Of a stretch of DNA of 22,025 bases, positions 1-10,564 are shown one piece after another. Position 1 is the first letter of the stretch, and the number at the start of each line of letters is the position of its first letter. Source of the stretch: Octopus sinensis (taxonomy: Eukaryota); NCBI RefSeq assembly GCF_006345805.1, contig NW_021823575.1, forward strand, positions 1 through 22,025. Direction: 5' to 3'. The notes beneath the pieces were generated by a model that ran no database searches, was not told the DNA's origin, and saw only the letters and a list, made by a program, of their open reading frames with translations. The position numbers were made by a program, and so were the translations under genes.

Positions 1-19
1 ATATATTACTATGTTGTGT

Positions 20-23
20 GTTG

Positions 24-57
<34 letters not shown>

Positions 58-132
58 TGGTGTCGCGCGCGTGTGTGTGTGTAGGTGTGTGTATGAGTGT
101 GTGTGTGTGTATTCGTGCGTGTGTGTGTGTAT
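20..132. repeat. Compound (CT)/(TA)/(TG) microsatellite
   Basis: Directly visible dinucleotide runs. Confidence 0.9.
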
Positions 133-333
133 GTAGTGAGAGGGAAGGGCGCACGTACATTTACATACGCATTCTTGGTCGTTCAGATATTTCATCAAGT
201 TCTAACGTTAGACATTTTATCATTTATTTTATGCTAATTTGAATCGCCAAATATGTCCGACATAACAGACAGCATTGAAATTAGAAACGGCAATAACCAC
301 CGCAACGACGACTACCACTGCAGCTGCAGCGCC

Positions 334-428
334 TACTACTACTACTACTACTACTAATAATAATATAATAATAATATAATATAATAATATAATAATAATT
401 TTATTATATTATTATAATTTATATAATA
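334..428. repeat. (CTA)n/(TAA)n microsatellite
   Basis: Visible trinucleotide runs, imperfect. Confidence 0.9.
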
Positions 429-757
429 GATCATTGATGTAGCCATACCAAATGACATGAATGTTGTGAGTAAAGAGGTTGAAAAAATCACCAAGTACTT
501 CAAATTGAAAGTGGAAATGGCAAAACTGTATGGAATGCGAGAGAGTGATGTAAAAGTGATACCAGTGGTGATCGGAGCGCTGGGTTCAATCCCATTGAAA
601 CTTCAAGACTTCTTGAGGCAATTGGAATTTCCATGCAAGATTCATAGTTTGCCTTATTGGGCACAGCACACGTCTTAGGGAAAGTATTATGTCTGTTGTG
701 ACTTGACTGATGACTAAAGACTCCGGTGCATTTTAACCTACACTGTGTTACGAAGGA
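429..757 (+). mobile_element. 5'-truncated 3' end of an R4/Dong-like non-LTR retrotransposon (restriction-like endonuclease domain plus 3' UTR)
   Basis: Translates IIDVAIPND...EKITKY..LKVE...VIPVVIGALGSIP, the RLE C-terminal motif; frameshift near 640; bounded by TAA-type repeats. Confidence 0.85.
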
Positions 758-930
758 ATAATTTAATATTATTATTATTATTGTTGTTGTTGTTGTTGTT
801 GTTGTTGTTATGACAGTATAATCATGAAACCTGAAGTATTTCGGCTTTGGCTTGTATCATGATAGCCCAGTATTCGGGTCAAGTGCTTCTCTGGAATAAA
901 CCCAACTTGACCTTAGCCATTTTCTACACA

Positions 931-932
<2 letters not shown>

Positions 933-1013
<81 letters not shown>
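933..1013. repeat. (CA)n(TA)n microsatellite
   Basis: Visible. Confidence 0.95.
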
Positions 1014-1014
<1 letters not shown>

Positions 1015-1017
<3 letters not shown>

Positions 1018-1290
1018 ACAGAGCTGGTTTCGATAGGAGAGCTAGAAAGAAGGGGAGATAATAAAGTATTAGTGATCCCAAAACGAAGGTGCACGTGCGT
1101 GTGTAAGTGAGTGTGTGTGTGTGTGTGGCTGGTGACCTTGACGTGTAGATGTATGTGTGTGCGTCCGTAATGTGTGGGTGTGTGGATGATGGTGTAGGTA
1201 CTGGGAAATGCTCAGTGCTAGTGTGTGCGGAGTGGTGGTGTGTCGTGTGGTGTGGCTGCTGGAAAGTGGTCGTAGTGTACTGTTCCGTTA
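1015..1290 (-). mobile_element. Probable 3' non-coding remnant of a Penelope-like element
   Basis: gggaaatgctcagtgctagtgtgtgcggagtgg (1203-1235) matches gagaaatgttcggtgctagtgtgtgtggagtgg (21648-21680), which lies downstream of a GIY-YIG C-terminus; same GT-rich composition. Confidence 0.45.
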
Positions 1291-1479
1291 TTGATGGAAA
1301 TCAACACAAAAGAATAACATCCAGCGAGTTATAGATATCATTTAATAAACACACGATTTAAATGTGAGGCACTATAAGTTTCATACTCCGATAGTAGAAT
1401 AGTCGGACGAGCTTGAATAGCGTGCCGCATACCATCCTGAAATCGTTAAAGCTCGTCCGATTACTCCATTACATATGTA

Positions 1480-1693
1480 CAGGGGTGGGTACAAGTAGGT
1501 ATGTAGTTGCTTGGCTCAAGCATTCACTCAAAGTCCCCAGAAATCAAAGAAGAGGGTTTTCCAAAGAACTAGGCATCTCTCTCAGATCCCTTTGTCGACT
1601 TATGAATCGCTTAGGTTTAAAAAAGAAATAGAGAAGCGAAAAGAATATTCCACTCATATTAAGCGTGTGTCTAGCTATTTATGTCCTCCTCTG
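1480..1693 (+). mobile_element. Internally deleted Tc1/mariner DNA transposon (MITE-like, 214 bp)
   Basis: TA at 1478-1479 and 1694-1695; degenerate TIRs tacaggggtgggtacaagtaggt vs revcomp tacagaggaggacataaatagct (16/23 including TA); frameshifted internal peptide QAFTQSPQKS.../SKELGISLRSLCRLMNRLGLK resembles a transposase HTH. Confidence 0.7.
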
Positions 1694-1806
1694 TATAATA
1701 TACGGGAGAAGGGGTGAAAATGTAATACAATATACTAAAAGAAGATGAAAATTTGCTACACAAAATATTTTTGTTGTTGTTGTTATATATTGTTTCACAG
1801 AATTAC

Positions 1807-2208
1807 TCTTTTACTGTTTTACTTGTTTCAGTCATTTGACTGCGGCCATGCTGGAGCACCGCCTTTAGTCGAGCAAATCGACCCCGGGACGTATTCTTTG
1901 TAAGCCCAGTACTTATTCTATCGGTCTCTTTTTGCCAAACCGCTAAGTGACGGGGACATAAGCACACCAGCATCGGTTGTCAAGCAATGCTAGGGGGACA
2001 AACACACGCACACACATATATAAATATATATACATATATACGACACGCTTCTTTCAGTTTCCGTCTACCAAATCCACTCACAAGGCATTGGTCGGCCCGG
2101 GGCTATAGCAGGAGACACTTGCCCAAGATGCCACGCAGTGGAACTGAACCCGGAACCATGTGGTTGGTTGGTAAGCAAGCTACTTACCACACAGCCACTC
2201 CTGCGCCT
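1807..2208 (-). mobile_element. tRNA-derived SINE, family A (octopus OR-type/CORE-like), with internal (TA)/(TG) microsatellite
   Basis: Minus strand begins aggcgcaggagtggctgtgtggtaag (A box), then gggttcagttcc (B box-like) and CORE-like cttgggcaagtg; colinear with 13507-13959. Confidence 0.85.
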
Positions 2209-2324
2209 TTTGTTTTTTGTTGTTTCCGGTTTAATTGCTTCCGATCGAACCACAACTCGTGGGCAATGATGAGACGCATTTTTTTGTCCATATGTTGAAA
2301 TATTTTTCCTGCTCAACATATTTG

Positions 2325-2655
2325 TTCTAACGTTGTATTGAGAACGACCCACATAATTCTTGCTAAATCTAGTAGATATGTTTTTCTGCGCTACACCTTT
2401 CCCTAAAGATCAAGTGCTTCGAGGTTTGTTCTTAAATTCTTTTGTCAAAGTTCCCATGAACTCATTAATAATGGGCGATATCTTGACCTTGTTAGCTTCT
2501 TTATTCCAAACACTTGACGATTTCATACTTCAAGTTGATATAACACTTTTTCTTCTGTTCTTTTTACGTATCAAATAGACATGCCACGTCGATTACAATG
2601 CAGAGTTTTCTCTCGTCAGCTGTTACAATATCTCACTTGTTGTATTCTATTCTTC
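2325..2655 (-). mobile_element. Highly decayed RLE-domain fragment of an R4/Dong-like element
   Basis: Minus strand across stops and frameshifts: NK*DIV...CIVIDVAC..., LKYEI, WNKEANKVKISPIINEFMGT, QK.TYLLDLARIMWVVL. Confidence 0.65.
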
Positions 2656-2932
2656 TTTCGCTTTGTAAAGGTAAGACTCACAGCAACCTCACCTCAGCGT
2701 TTTCGACCTCTTCTATTTTTAATCTCACAAAATAGTCATAGCTATATTTTTTTTTCTCTGCAGAATCAAATTTCTTGTAGAATTTTCGGTGAAATACTGC
2801 CGTAATCTTATCATACATAAACTTTCTGCTTCCATCTTGAACTGACGGTGGACAGTCTGATGGTGGGGGGCGACTCTGACGAACGTGACTTTTAGATGAC
2901 CGTCTGATCACCTAATATCCAGAGCGAATTGC

Positions 2933-2976
<44 letters not shown>
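2933..2976. repeat. (TTA)n microsatellite
   Basis: Visible. Confidence 0.95.
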
Positions 2977-2977
<1 letters not shown>

Positions 2978-3208
2978 TTTTTTTCTTTCTTCTTTCAAAT
3001 TTGCTTCCATTTCTTGCCGAGTGTCTTCCCGACTCCTAGGGCAAAGAAACTTATTGTATACATTGGTAGGCCATTAAACTAAACTCAATAGTTCGTTCAT
3101 TTAAAAAAAAAATTTTTTTAAAGTTAAATTAAAATACATGGATAGTAATAATTCTCACATCGACAATGCTCTTCTCAATACGTGTGATGTACCAGTTAAG
3201 ACAATCTT
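2977..3208 (-). mobile_element. Extreme 3' end (last ~17 codons plus 3' UTR) of another R4/Dong-like element
   Basis: Minus strand KIVLTGTSHVLRRALSM*, matching the QK.ALLGTA.ILR..L terminal motif; TAA repeats on both sides. Confidence 0.7.
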
Positions 3209-3244
3209 ATTATTATCATTATTATTATTATTATTATTATTATT

Positions 3245-3617
3245 TAGTAGTTTTATTTTTATAGCGTGCTTTCACTTCACTACCGAGCGCAGCTCTGTGT
3301 GCCTTGGGTATGTGCTGTGATTTGTTGTGATGCTCTGATGTTATTGTATTGAAAGTGTTCTGCGTAGGATGTGTGCAGTGCCTAGTAGTGCAATTTTCTG
3401 TATGTTATATGTGTTTGTAAGTCCTGATGTTTGTTATGTATTTGTCTGAATATTTTTTTATCATGCCTAATGCACCTACTATGATAGGAATTGTTTCTGT
3501 TTTCAGATTCCACATTCTAGTTACCTCTATTTCCAGGTCTTTGTATTTTGAAAGTTTCTCCATTCTTTTAGAGACACGTTGTCATCTGCCGGATTGATAC
3601 ATCAATTAGAAAGCATT
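3245..3617 (-). mobile_element. 5'-truncated copy of the element at 16487-20185
   Basis: Reverse complement aligns closely with 19810-20185; flanked by (TTA)n on both sides. Confidence 0.95.
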
Positions 3618-3636
3618 ATTATTATTATTATTATTA

Positions 3637-3667
<31 letters not shown>

Positions 3668-3716
3668 GTTATTATTATATTATTATTATCATGTTATTGT
3701 TATTATTATTATATTA

Positions 3717-3764
<48 letters not shown>
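3616..3764. repeat. (TTA)n microsatellite
   Basis: Visible. Confidence 0.95.
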
Positions 3765-3766
<2 letters not shown>

Positions 3767-4472
3767 CCGAGTTCCAACCCGAACCGCAACAGCAATGTCT
3801 ACCCGCCACACTTCTTGGCCCATCATCCCTCCTTCTCCACTGTCGTGGATACATTCCCGGACCAGTGTTTGCAATCAAGTTGTCGATGTAAATGGGACGA
3901 CAACGTTTTCCTCTTTTTACATCACCATGAGGTGGGTTCCAGAAGACTAATTTCGTTGCTACTAGATGAGGATGGCGTACACAATGATCAGAGAGTCGCG
4001 CTGTCTTTACCTGATCTTCTCGCTAACTTTCGGCAGGTCTCCATAAACACATTCAGTTGTCATGTTGCTACCATTTCACATTTAGAGCCATTCGTGTAGC
4101 AACCATTTCACTCGTTTGATAATTTGTCAATTTCCATATTTCACTAGCATATAGTAGTACTGATTCGAGAGTTGCAATGAAGAGTTCGATTTTGATTTGC
4201 CTGGGCAATTTGGAGTTCCGGACTTTCTTTAGTTTGTGACAGGCTGTCCATGCTTGTGCCTTCATGATTTTGATCCCTGTTTCTGAGTTGCTCATCCAAG
4301 CACCTAAGTACTCGAAGTCTTCAACAACATTCAATTTGGAACCGCTCAAAGCAAACAGTTCAGCATCGCTTGATTAGTTGAAAGACATGTATTCTGTTTT
4401 CTTGACATTTTGTGCGGTCCACCTTTGGCTACTGATGTCTCTACTTTTCTGAGCAGCGGTTGTGCTTGATCT
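3765..4472 (-). mobile_element. Decayed RTE-clade LINE, 3' part (RT thumb and C-terminus)
   Basis: AQPLLRKVE...NVKKTEYM...VEDFEYLGAWM...ESVLLYASEIW...YGDLPKVSEKIR...HCVRHP...RGKRCRPIYIDNL, with stops and frameshifts. Confidence 0.85.
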
Positions 4473-5909
4473 ATATACACACACACAACAATAAGCTACA
4501 CAATGTAGAGCGGGGTCATTGATCATCTGAGGTGAATGCCTTTCAGGTGAATAGCTTCAATCGGGAGATGTGTTGTACATGCTGACAATTTCTCGGTACA
4601 TTACTTGAAATGGTTTGCTCCACTTACCAAGTTATAGTTTAAAGTAAAACAGATTTAACATACAATTTCCGGTAATATCATGAAAAATCTTTGTCGTTAA
4701 TTTGTTTACGCCCAAGTAAAATAGATCCAGAAAGACCCGTTATTCCGCTTTTGTTTATTATGCCTTTTTCTATTTATTATGTGAGTCTGTGGTTAATATG
4801 GCGAGTGCGATAGAATTTCCGTCAGTGAGTTTTTGTTCCTTATTCTAATGCCTGACCTTTCTCCCAGTATCAGAGTTAATTCTCAAGTGGTTTTGATTAG
4901 ACGAGATATAGCAGAGAGGTTCGCTACAGACACAAACCCTTCGTATCAATTACTACGCTATGAATTAACCTTATTGTTACAAATTGATAATGTGATTTCC
5001 ATCTTGTATTATTTTCCCCTCTCTTAAACGTGGCCGGTGTTTTCATTAAAACAAATACATAGGAAATTCAAAACAAAGATTAAGATAACGTAAGCGAATG
5101 GCGATATTTACGTCAAACCTTCATTAATTTCGGGTAAGTTGGCAATTAATTCCCTTCACCCACTTCTTGAAGCGAGGAATGTGATAACAAGATACAAAAA
5201 GTGCATTTAGATTCCAAATAAATTTGGTAGAACATGTTTCTAAAATTATAACTGAAAACCCGAAACATTTTGTACAAATATCTTAAATGCTGTTTTATCA
5301 TAAAATTTTGATACTCAAAGACTACATTTTCCCCCCAGAATAATAATGTTCTGTTGAATAAAGAACAATAAAGAATAACATTCATAGAAGAGTATTGGAT
5401 TCTGTCGTTGAATAAACAAAGAAAATCCTTTTTAATTATGACTCCATTTTGAAGACGAAACTATTTCTAGCCAAATAATTCAGTTTCAAGCGTCAATGTT
5501 TTGGACACTGACCCTTAAGTTTAGACGCAGAAGTAGAGTACGGTACTCAATACATTAGAATTGTTAAAGCTGCAATAGAACAGATATTGATTCAAACAAA
5601 TCTATTTTGTTGGAAACGGATTACTGGCTGCCAAAATCCTGCATTACTTCGGCGTCTTAATATCGACATTTTACAAGAAAGCAGGAGATAATCTCAAGCC
5701 TGAAGGTTAATTACATGAAGAATGACGAATCTCGCCCGTAGTGGTTCCACTTGTACCGAAAATGTCGTAAATTGATCGTCGTAGGAAACGGTGCTGCGTT
5801 CTTCCAGAGAACTTATTATTGGTAAGTCGGCCAATCGAGTTAAAGAAATCTTTCATACATCTCATACACCACAAGACAGACATTTTATTCATATACACTA
5901 TTGGCTGAA

Positions 5910-6111
5910 GGCGGCGAGCTGGCAGAAACGTTAGCACACCGGGCGAAATGCTTAGCCGTATTTCATCTGCCGCTACGTTCTGAGTTCAAATTCCGCCGAG
6001 GTCGATACATTAAGTACCAGTTACGCACTGGGTCGATGTAATCGACTTAATCCGTTTGTCTGTCCTTGTTTGTCGTCCCCTCTGTGTGTAGCCTCTTGTG
6101 GGTAGTAAAGA
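5910..6111 (+). mobile_element. SINE family B copy with internal deletion
   Basis: ggcggcgagctggcagaaacg...gagttcaaattcc (B box); colinear with 7938-8169 and 11561-11791. Confidence 0.9.
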
Positions 6112-6589
6112 CACACATATACATTATTGAAAACGTACTTTGTCACTTCCATCCAGCAATTTGTTAAGATGTTAACAAGGGAACAGGTGGGTGCTCACTC
6201 GACCTGCGCGAAATAGCAGCCAAATCTTTAGTAATATCAAGGTTTAACCAGAAGACAAACACCCACAGCAACTACTACCACCACCGCCACTACCACCATC
6301 ACAACAACAAAAAAACGACAATAATAGTAACAAACATTTAACTAATTCAATAGCAAACAGCTATTTTCTCAAAGGGAACTGAATAATCTTTCGTGTTTCT
6401 GTTTTTTCCCCTTCAAATTGTCGTTTATTTACAGAGAAAGTTGGGGGTCGGTGTGCATTTGTGAGACTAACAAAGCAACTATTATTTGCTGAATTCTTCT
6501 TTGTAACCTTCTATTATTCAGTTACATGTGACAGGGGATCAAATTCAGTAAACCTTATCCCTATCTGCCTTGGGCCTCACACTTTCGAC

Positions 6590-6595
6590 TCTCTT

Positions 6596-6656
<61 letters not shown>
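6590..6656. repeat. (CT)n microsatellite
   Basis: Visible. Confidence 0.95.
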
Positions 6657-6658
<2 letters not shown>

Positions 6659-7379
6659 TCTGATTTTCTTTTTCTAACAATTAATTCAAACCCACGACAC
6701 ACATTCTTTATTGCTCGGCGGGAAAATTCTCTCAGAACACTGACGAGGTAAGACGAGACATAGTTTAAGGTTCTCGTGGAATGTCATGTCCCTTTATTAA
6801 AAATTAATGAAGCAAGATGTCAAGGGATTTTTTTTTTTTTTTACTTTCTTTTCCTTGGTTTCATAAAAGCGAAAAACCTAAATGAATATTTAAAATTGTT
6901 ACTGCTATCTCAGCTTATTAAGTCGGACCTCTCCCTCCTGCTACATGCGTCATCCGTTGCTATTCACTCAAGAGTTAATACGCCATTGTAAATATTCATA
7001 CATTACGGCGATACTGGTGTGGCTAGTGTTAATTCGTCTCAAGTCTACCAAACACAATACAATTGAATATTGATAAGCTATACTATATGTCTACACTGTC
7101 CGTATACATTTGAAGGCTTCGTTTTGTTTTTTTTTAGAGAATGTCAGCTTTATACAGCTTAAACTCTATTCTCTATAATTGAACTGGAATTTCAGTTCAA
7201 CCGCTCAAAGCTGGTGAAACTTGCCTCGTTATTCAATGAACTCGTTTATTTTAGCTCAATACTGGCCTAGCCTCCTCCTCCTCCTCCTCCTCTTCCTCCT
7301 GTATACAATACATTCACACAGCTACGGTAGTGACTTGAACCGTACACCTATGGGTTAACAGGTCAGTAATAATAAGTGT

Positions 7380-7720
<341 letters not shown>

Positions 7721-7937
7721 CGAATAGATTTTGTTTTGATTGTGTAAAATTTTTGACAGTATTCCATGTGAATATATCTCGGAATTACTGTTCCATGACC
7801 AGTTACAGTTCTCAGTTGTGCGGATTATCAATGATGTTTTCCCTAAGCTAGGACTTAGTGGGTCTCCGAATGTGACCTACGCGCTGTACAACGTTTGAAG
7901 CCGGAACAAAATCTTTATAATTATCTTTACCCTTTAA

Positions 7938-8335
7938 GGCGGCGAGCTGGCAGAAACGTTAACACGCCGGGCGAAATGCTTAGCGATATTTCGTCTGCCG
8001 TTACGTTCTGAGTTCAAATTCCGCCGAGGTCGACTTTGCCTTTCGTCCTTTCGGGGTCGATTAAATAAGTACCAGTTGCGCACTGGGGTCGATATAATCG
8101 ACTTAATCCGTCTGTCTGTCCTTGTTTTACCTGTATGTGTTTAGCCCCCTTGTGGGTAGTAAAGAAATAGGTATTTCGTCTGCCGCTACGTTCTGAGTTC
8201 AAATTCCTCCGAGGTTGACTTTGCCTTTCATCCTTTAGTGGCCGATAAATTAAGTACCAGTTACGCACTGGGGTCGATCTAATTCGACTAGGGCCTCTAA
8301 AATTTCGGGCCTTTTGCCTAGAGTAGAAAAGAAAT
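7938..8335 (+). mobile_element. SINE family B: full unit (7938-8169) followed by a head-truncated second unit (8170-~8335)
   Basis: Two colinear copies of tatttcgtctgccg.tacgttctgagttcaaattcc...taagtaccagtt.cgcactggggtcgat. Confidence 0.9.
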
Positions 8336-8471
8336 TACTTTTACTCTTAAGATGGTAATTGTCACCCTAAATCTAGGAATATCGACAATATAAACATAAA
8401 CCCAAGTCGGGTGGCCCTTGGTGGGTGGATGTTATCTAGGATGCCCGTGAGTGTAGCAGCAGCACCGTTCA

Positions 8472-8817
8472 GTGGAGGCGCAATGGCCCAGTGGTTAGGG
8501 CAGCGGACTCGCGGACGGAGGATCGCGGTTTCGATTCTCAGACTGGGCGTTGTGTGTGTTTATTGAGCGAAAACACCTAAAACTCCACGAGGTTCCTGCC
8601 GGGGGGGGTGGCAACCCTTGTTGTACTCTTTCGCCCCAACTTTCTCTCATTCTTTCTTCCTGCTTCTTGTCCCCGACTTCCTACGCAACCGCTGAACCTG
8701 GATGCGCATTCATCCATCCGTCGATGCTCTCGGTGTCGGGGGTTGACCTGCTTTCTCTTCTGTGGGTCTTATGAATAGCAAAGGACCGCGGTTCGGACCG
8801 CTCAACAGCAACAGCAA
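8472..8817 (+). mobile_element. tRNA-derived SINE, family C, with 15-bp target-site duplication
   Basis: A box tggcccagtgg 8484-8494; B box-like ggtttcgattc 8527-8537; (caacag)n tail; TSD cagcagcaccgttca 8457-8471 / cagcagtaccgttca 8818-8832. Confidence 0.85.
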
Positions 8818-8892
8818 CAGCAGTACCGTTCAAAATGTCAGAGTAATATTCCATTGTGTTTCACAATATGGAAATTCAATATGGAAACACAA

Positions 8893-9599
8893 TATGGAGA
8901 TCGTCAATACTGAACAAGAGCACCAAAATACGATCTTACCAAAGCAACATACTTAGCATCCTCCTCTATGGATCCGAATGTTGGAAAACAACCAAAAGTC
9001 TTGAAAGGAAATTGGAGGTTAGTTAGTTAGTTAATTTTTGGCTCAAAAGCAAATAGCAAGGCCATGTAGGGGGACATGGAGTTAGTACAGGGTGGTGTTC
9101 ATGTAAAGTGTTCAGGCCACTTGAGGTCAAGGGAGACTTTGAACAAAGCGGTCGTCGGTATCTTCACCATCTCGTCTGGCAGCTTGTTCCACGGATCCGC
9201 AACCCGGACGGAGAAAGCTCCTCTCCTTCGAGGTGTTTCAAAAGAAATGTTTACGAAACATTTTGAAGGTCCACTGGCCGAATACGATCTCGAATAACCA
9301 ACCACACACCAAGGATAACGTGAAGCCAACAAGAGAATCTATTGAAGCAGGGAGACGGAAATGGCTGGCTCGAGTTTGTCGCTATAAACCGAACTCAATT
9401 GTCAGGATTGCTTTGTAATGGGTTTCCCAAGGTAAAAGAAGACGTGGCCAACAAAAGGAAACGTGGCGGAGAACTATAACAGAAGGGTTAACAATGGAAC
9501 AAGCTGTCAAAAACGCTTTCAGTGTTAGAAGGTGGATTCGTCTTGCTGTCGCCCCAAGTGTCACAAGGCACAATGAGAACCGGATGAATGAATGAATGA
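8893..9599 (+). mobile_element. RTE-clade LINE 3' fragment, interrupted at 9020-9229
   Basis: WRSSILNKSTKIRSYQSNILSILLYGSECW...LEV|FQKKCLRNILKVHWPNTISN...GKRRRGQQKETWRRT; (TGAA)n tail at 9585-9599. Confidence 0.9.
9020..9229 (-). mobile_element. CR1-clade LINE 3' end inserted into the RTE fragment
   Basis: RRGAFSVRVADPWNKLPDEMV...FKVSLD; (CTAA)n tail; gaggt duplicated at 9015-9019 and 9230-9234. Confidence 0.85.
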
Positions 9600-9732
9600 G
9601 AGCCACAGCTCTGCAGACAGTAAGTAAGCAACTGGTGAAAGCTCAAATATTTTCTAGTATTAACGAGGAAAACCAATTATTGTGACGCAGTTTTTATATC
9701 GTTGTGTAGTCAGCAGAAGACATGCCGATCCA

Positions 9733-9800
9733 CAAAGTTACGGGGACGTAAACACACCCACATCAGTTAAGCGATGGTGGGAGTAAACACAGACGTCGAA

Positions 9801-9803
<3 letters not shown>
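9733..9803 (-). mobile_element. Fragment of SINE family A body
   Basis: aagttacggggacgtaaacacacc..catc..aagcgatg resembles 1945-2005. Confidence 0.6.

Positions 9804-9859
<56 letters not shown>
9803..9859. repeat. (TA)n microsatellite
   Basis: Visible. Confidence 0.95.
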
Positions 9860-9861
<2 letters not shown>

Positions 9862-10371
9862 AGAAAAAAGCAACAAGAATGGATTAGTTGTTCAGTACAA
9901 TTGTTTCATACGAAGAACAGCTTTATTAAAAGCTGCAAATATTGCAGCAAATACAAGTGTCCCGTATTCATCAGCCAAAACACATATGAGTTTTCCAAAC
10001 ATCCTAGGGGGTAAGGCTACACTCATGAAATATCGAAGAGAGTTCTATGAAAAGCAAGTTTAGATTGTAAGCAGACTTCAAAAGTTCTCTAATGATGCGC
10101 AGTTTTATAAAAGGTTTTTTTATAAAACTGTTTATCATTAGAGAACTTTTGAAGTCTGCTTACAATCTAAATTTGCTTTTCATAGAACTCTCTTCGATAC
10201 TTCATGAGTGTAGCCTCACCCCCTAGGATGTTTGGAAAACTCATATGTGTTTTGGCTGATGAATACGGGACACTTGTATTTGCTGCAATATTTGCAGCTT
10301 TTAATAAAGCTGTTCTTCGTATGAAACAATTGTACTGAACAACTAATCCATTCTTGTTGCTTTTTTCTTGT
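9859..10371. repeat. 513-bp near-perfect palindrome (254-bp arms, 5-nt spacer)
   Basis: 9859-10112 is the reverse complement of 10118-10371 with 6 mismatches by my count. Confidence 0.97.
10251..10339 (+). ncRNA. Type I hammerhead ribozyme-like motif (mirror copy on minus strand at 9891-9979)
   Basis: CUGAUGA 10256-10262; stem II atacggg/ttcgtat; GAAAC 10323-10327, palindromic aatt, GUA 10332-10334; stem I tttgg/ctgaa with 2 GU pairs. Confidence 0.65.
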
Positions 10372-10485
10372 TTATAATCACCCCACATTATTTTATGGTT
10401 AATACCATAAAGATTTCTGGTGCATCTAAGTTAAGTACCGCATTCATGTGAATCATGGAACTCACTTGAATCTTAATTGTTTTAC

Positions 10486-10490
10486 TATAT

Positions 10491-10522
<32 letters not shown>

Positions 10523-10528
10523 ATATCT

Positions 10529-10562
<34 letters not shown>
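10486..10562. repeat. (TA)n microsatellite
   Basis: Visible. Confidence 0.95.

Positions 10563-10564
<2 letters not shown>

Noticed and set aside
18-242. ORFs with YIYI/CVCV/HTHT runs (also 847-1110, 11374-11689, 13601-13855, 15116-15723)
   Set aside because: Translations of dinucleotide microsatellites, not genes
4480-5900. Possible host exons in the least repetitive stretch
   Set aside because: No recognisable protein or convincing splice-bounded ORF; small exons cannot be excluded without RNA-seq
7741-7830. + strand LCKIFDSIPCEYISELL, faintly like the RT motif D..KAFDS.P
   Set aside because: Too short and degenerate to call without a search
8472-8548. Functional tRNA gene
   Set aside because: It is the head of a SINE with body, tail and TSD; the cloverleaf is imperfect
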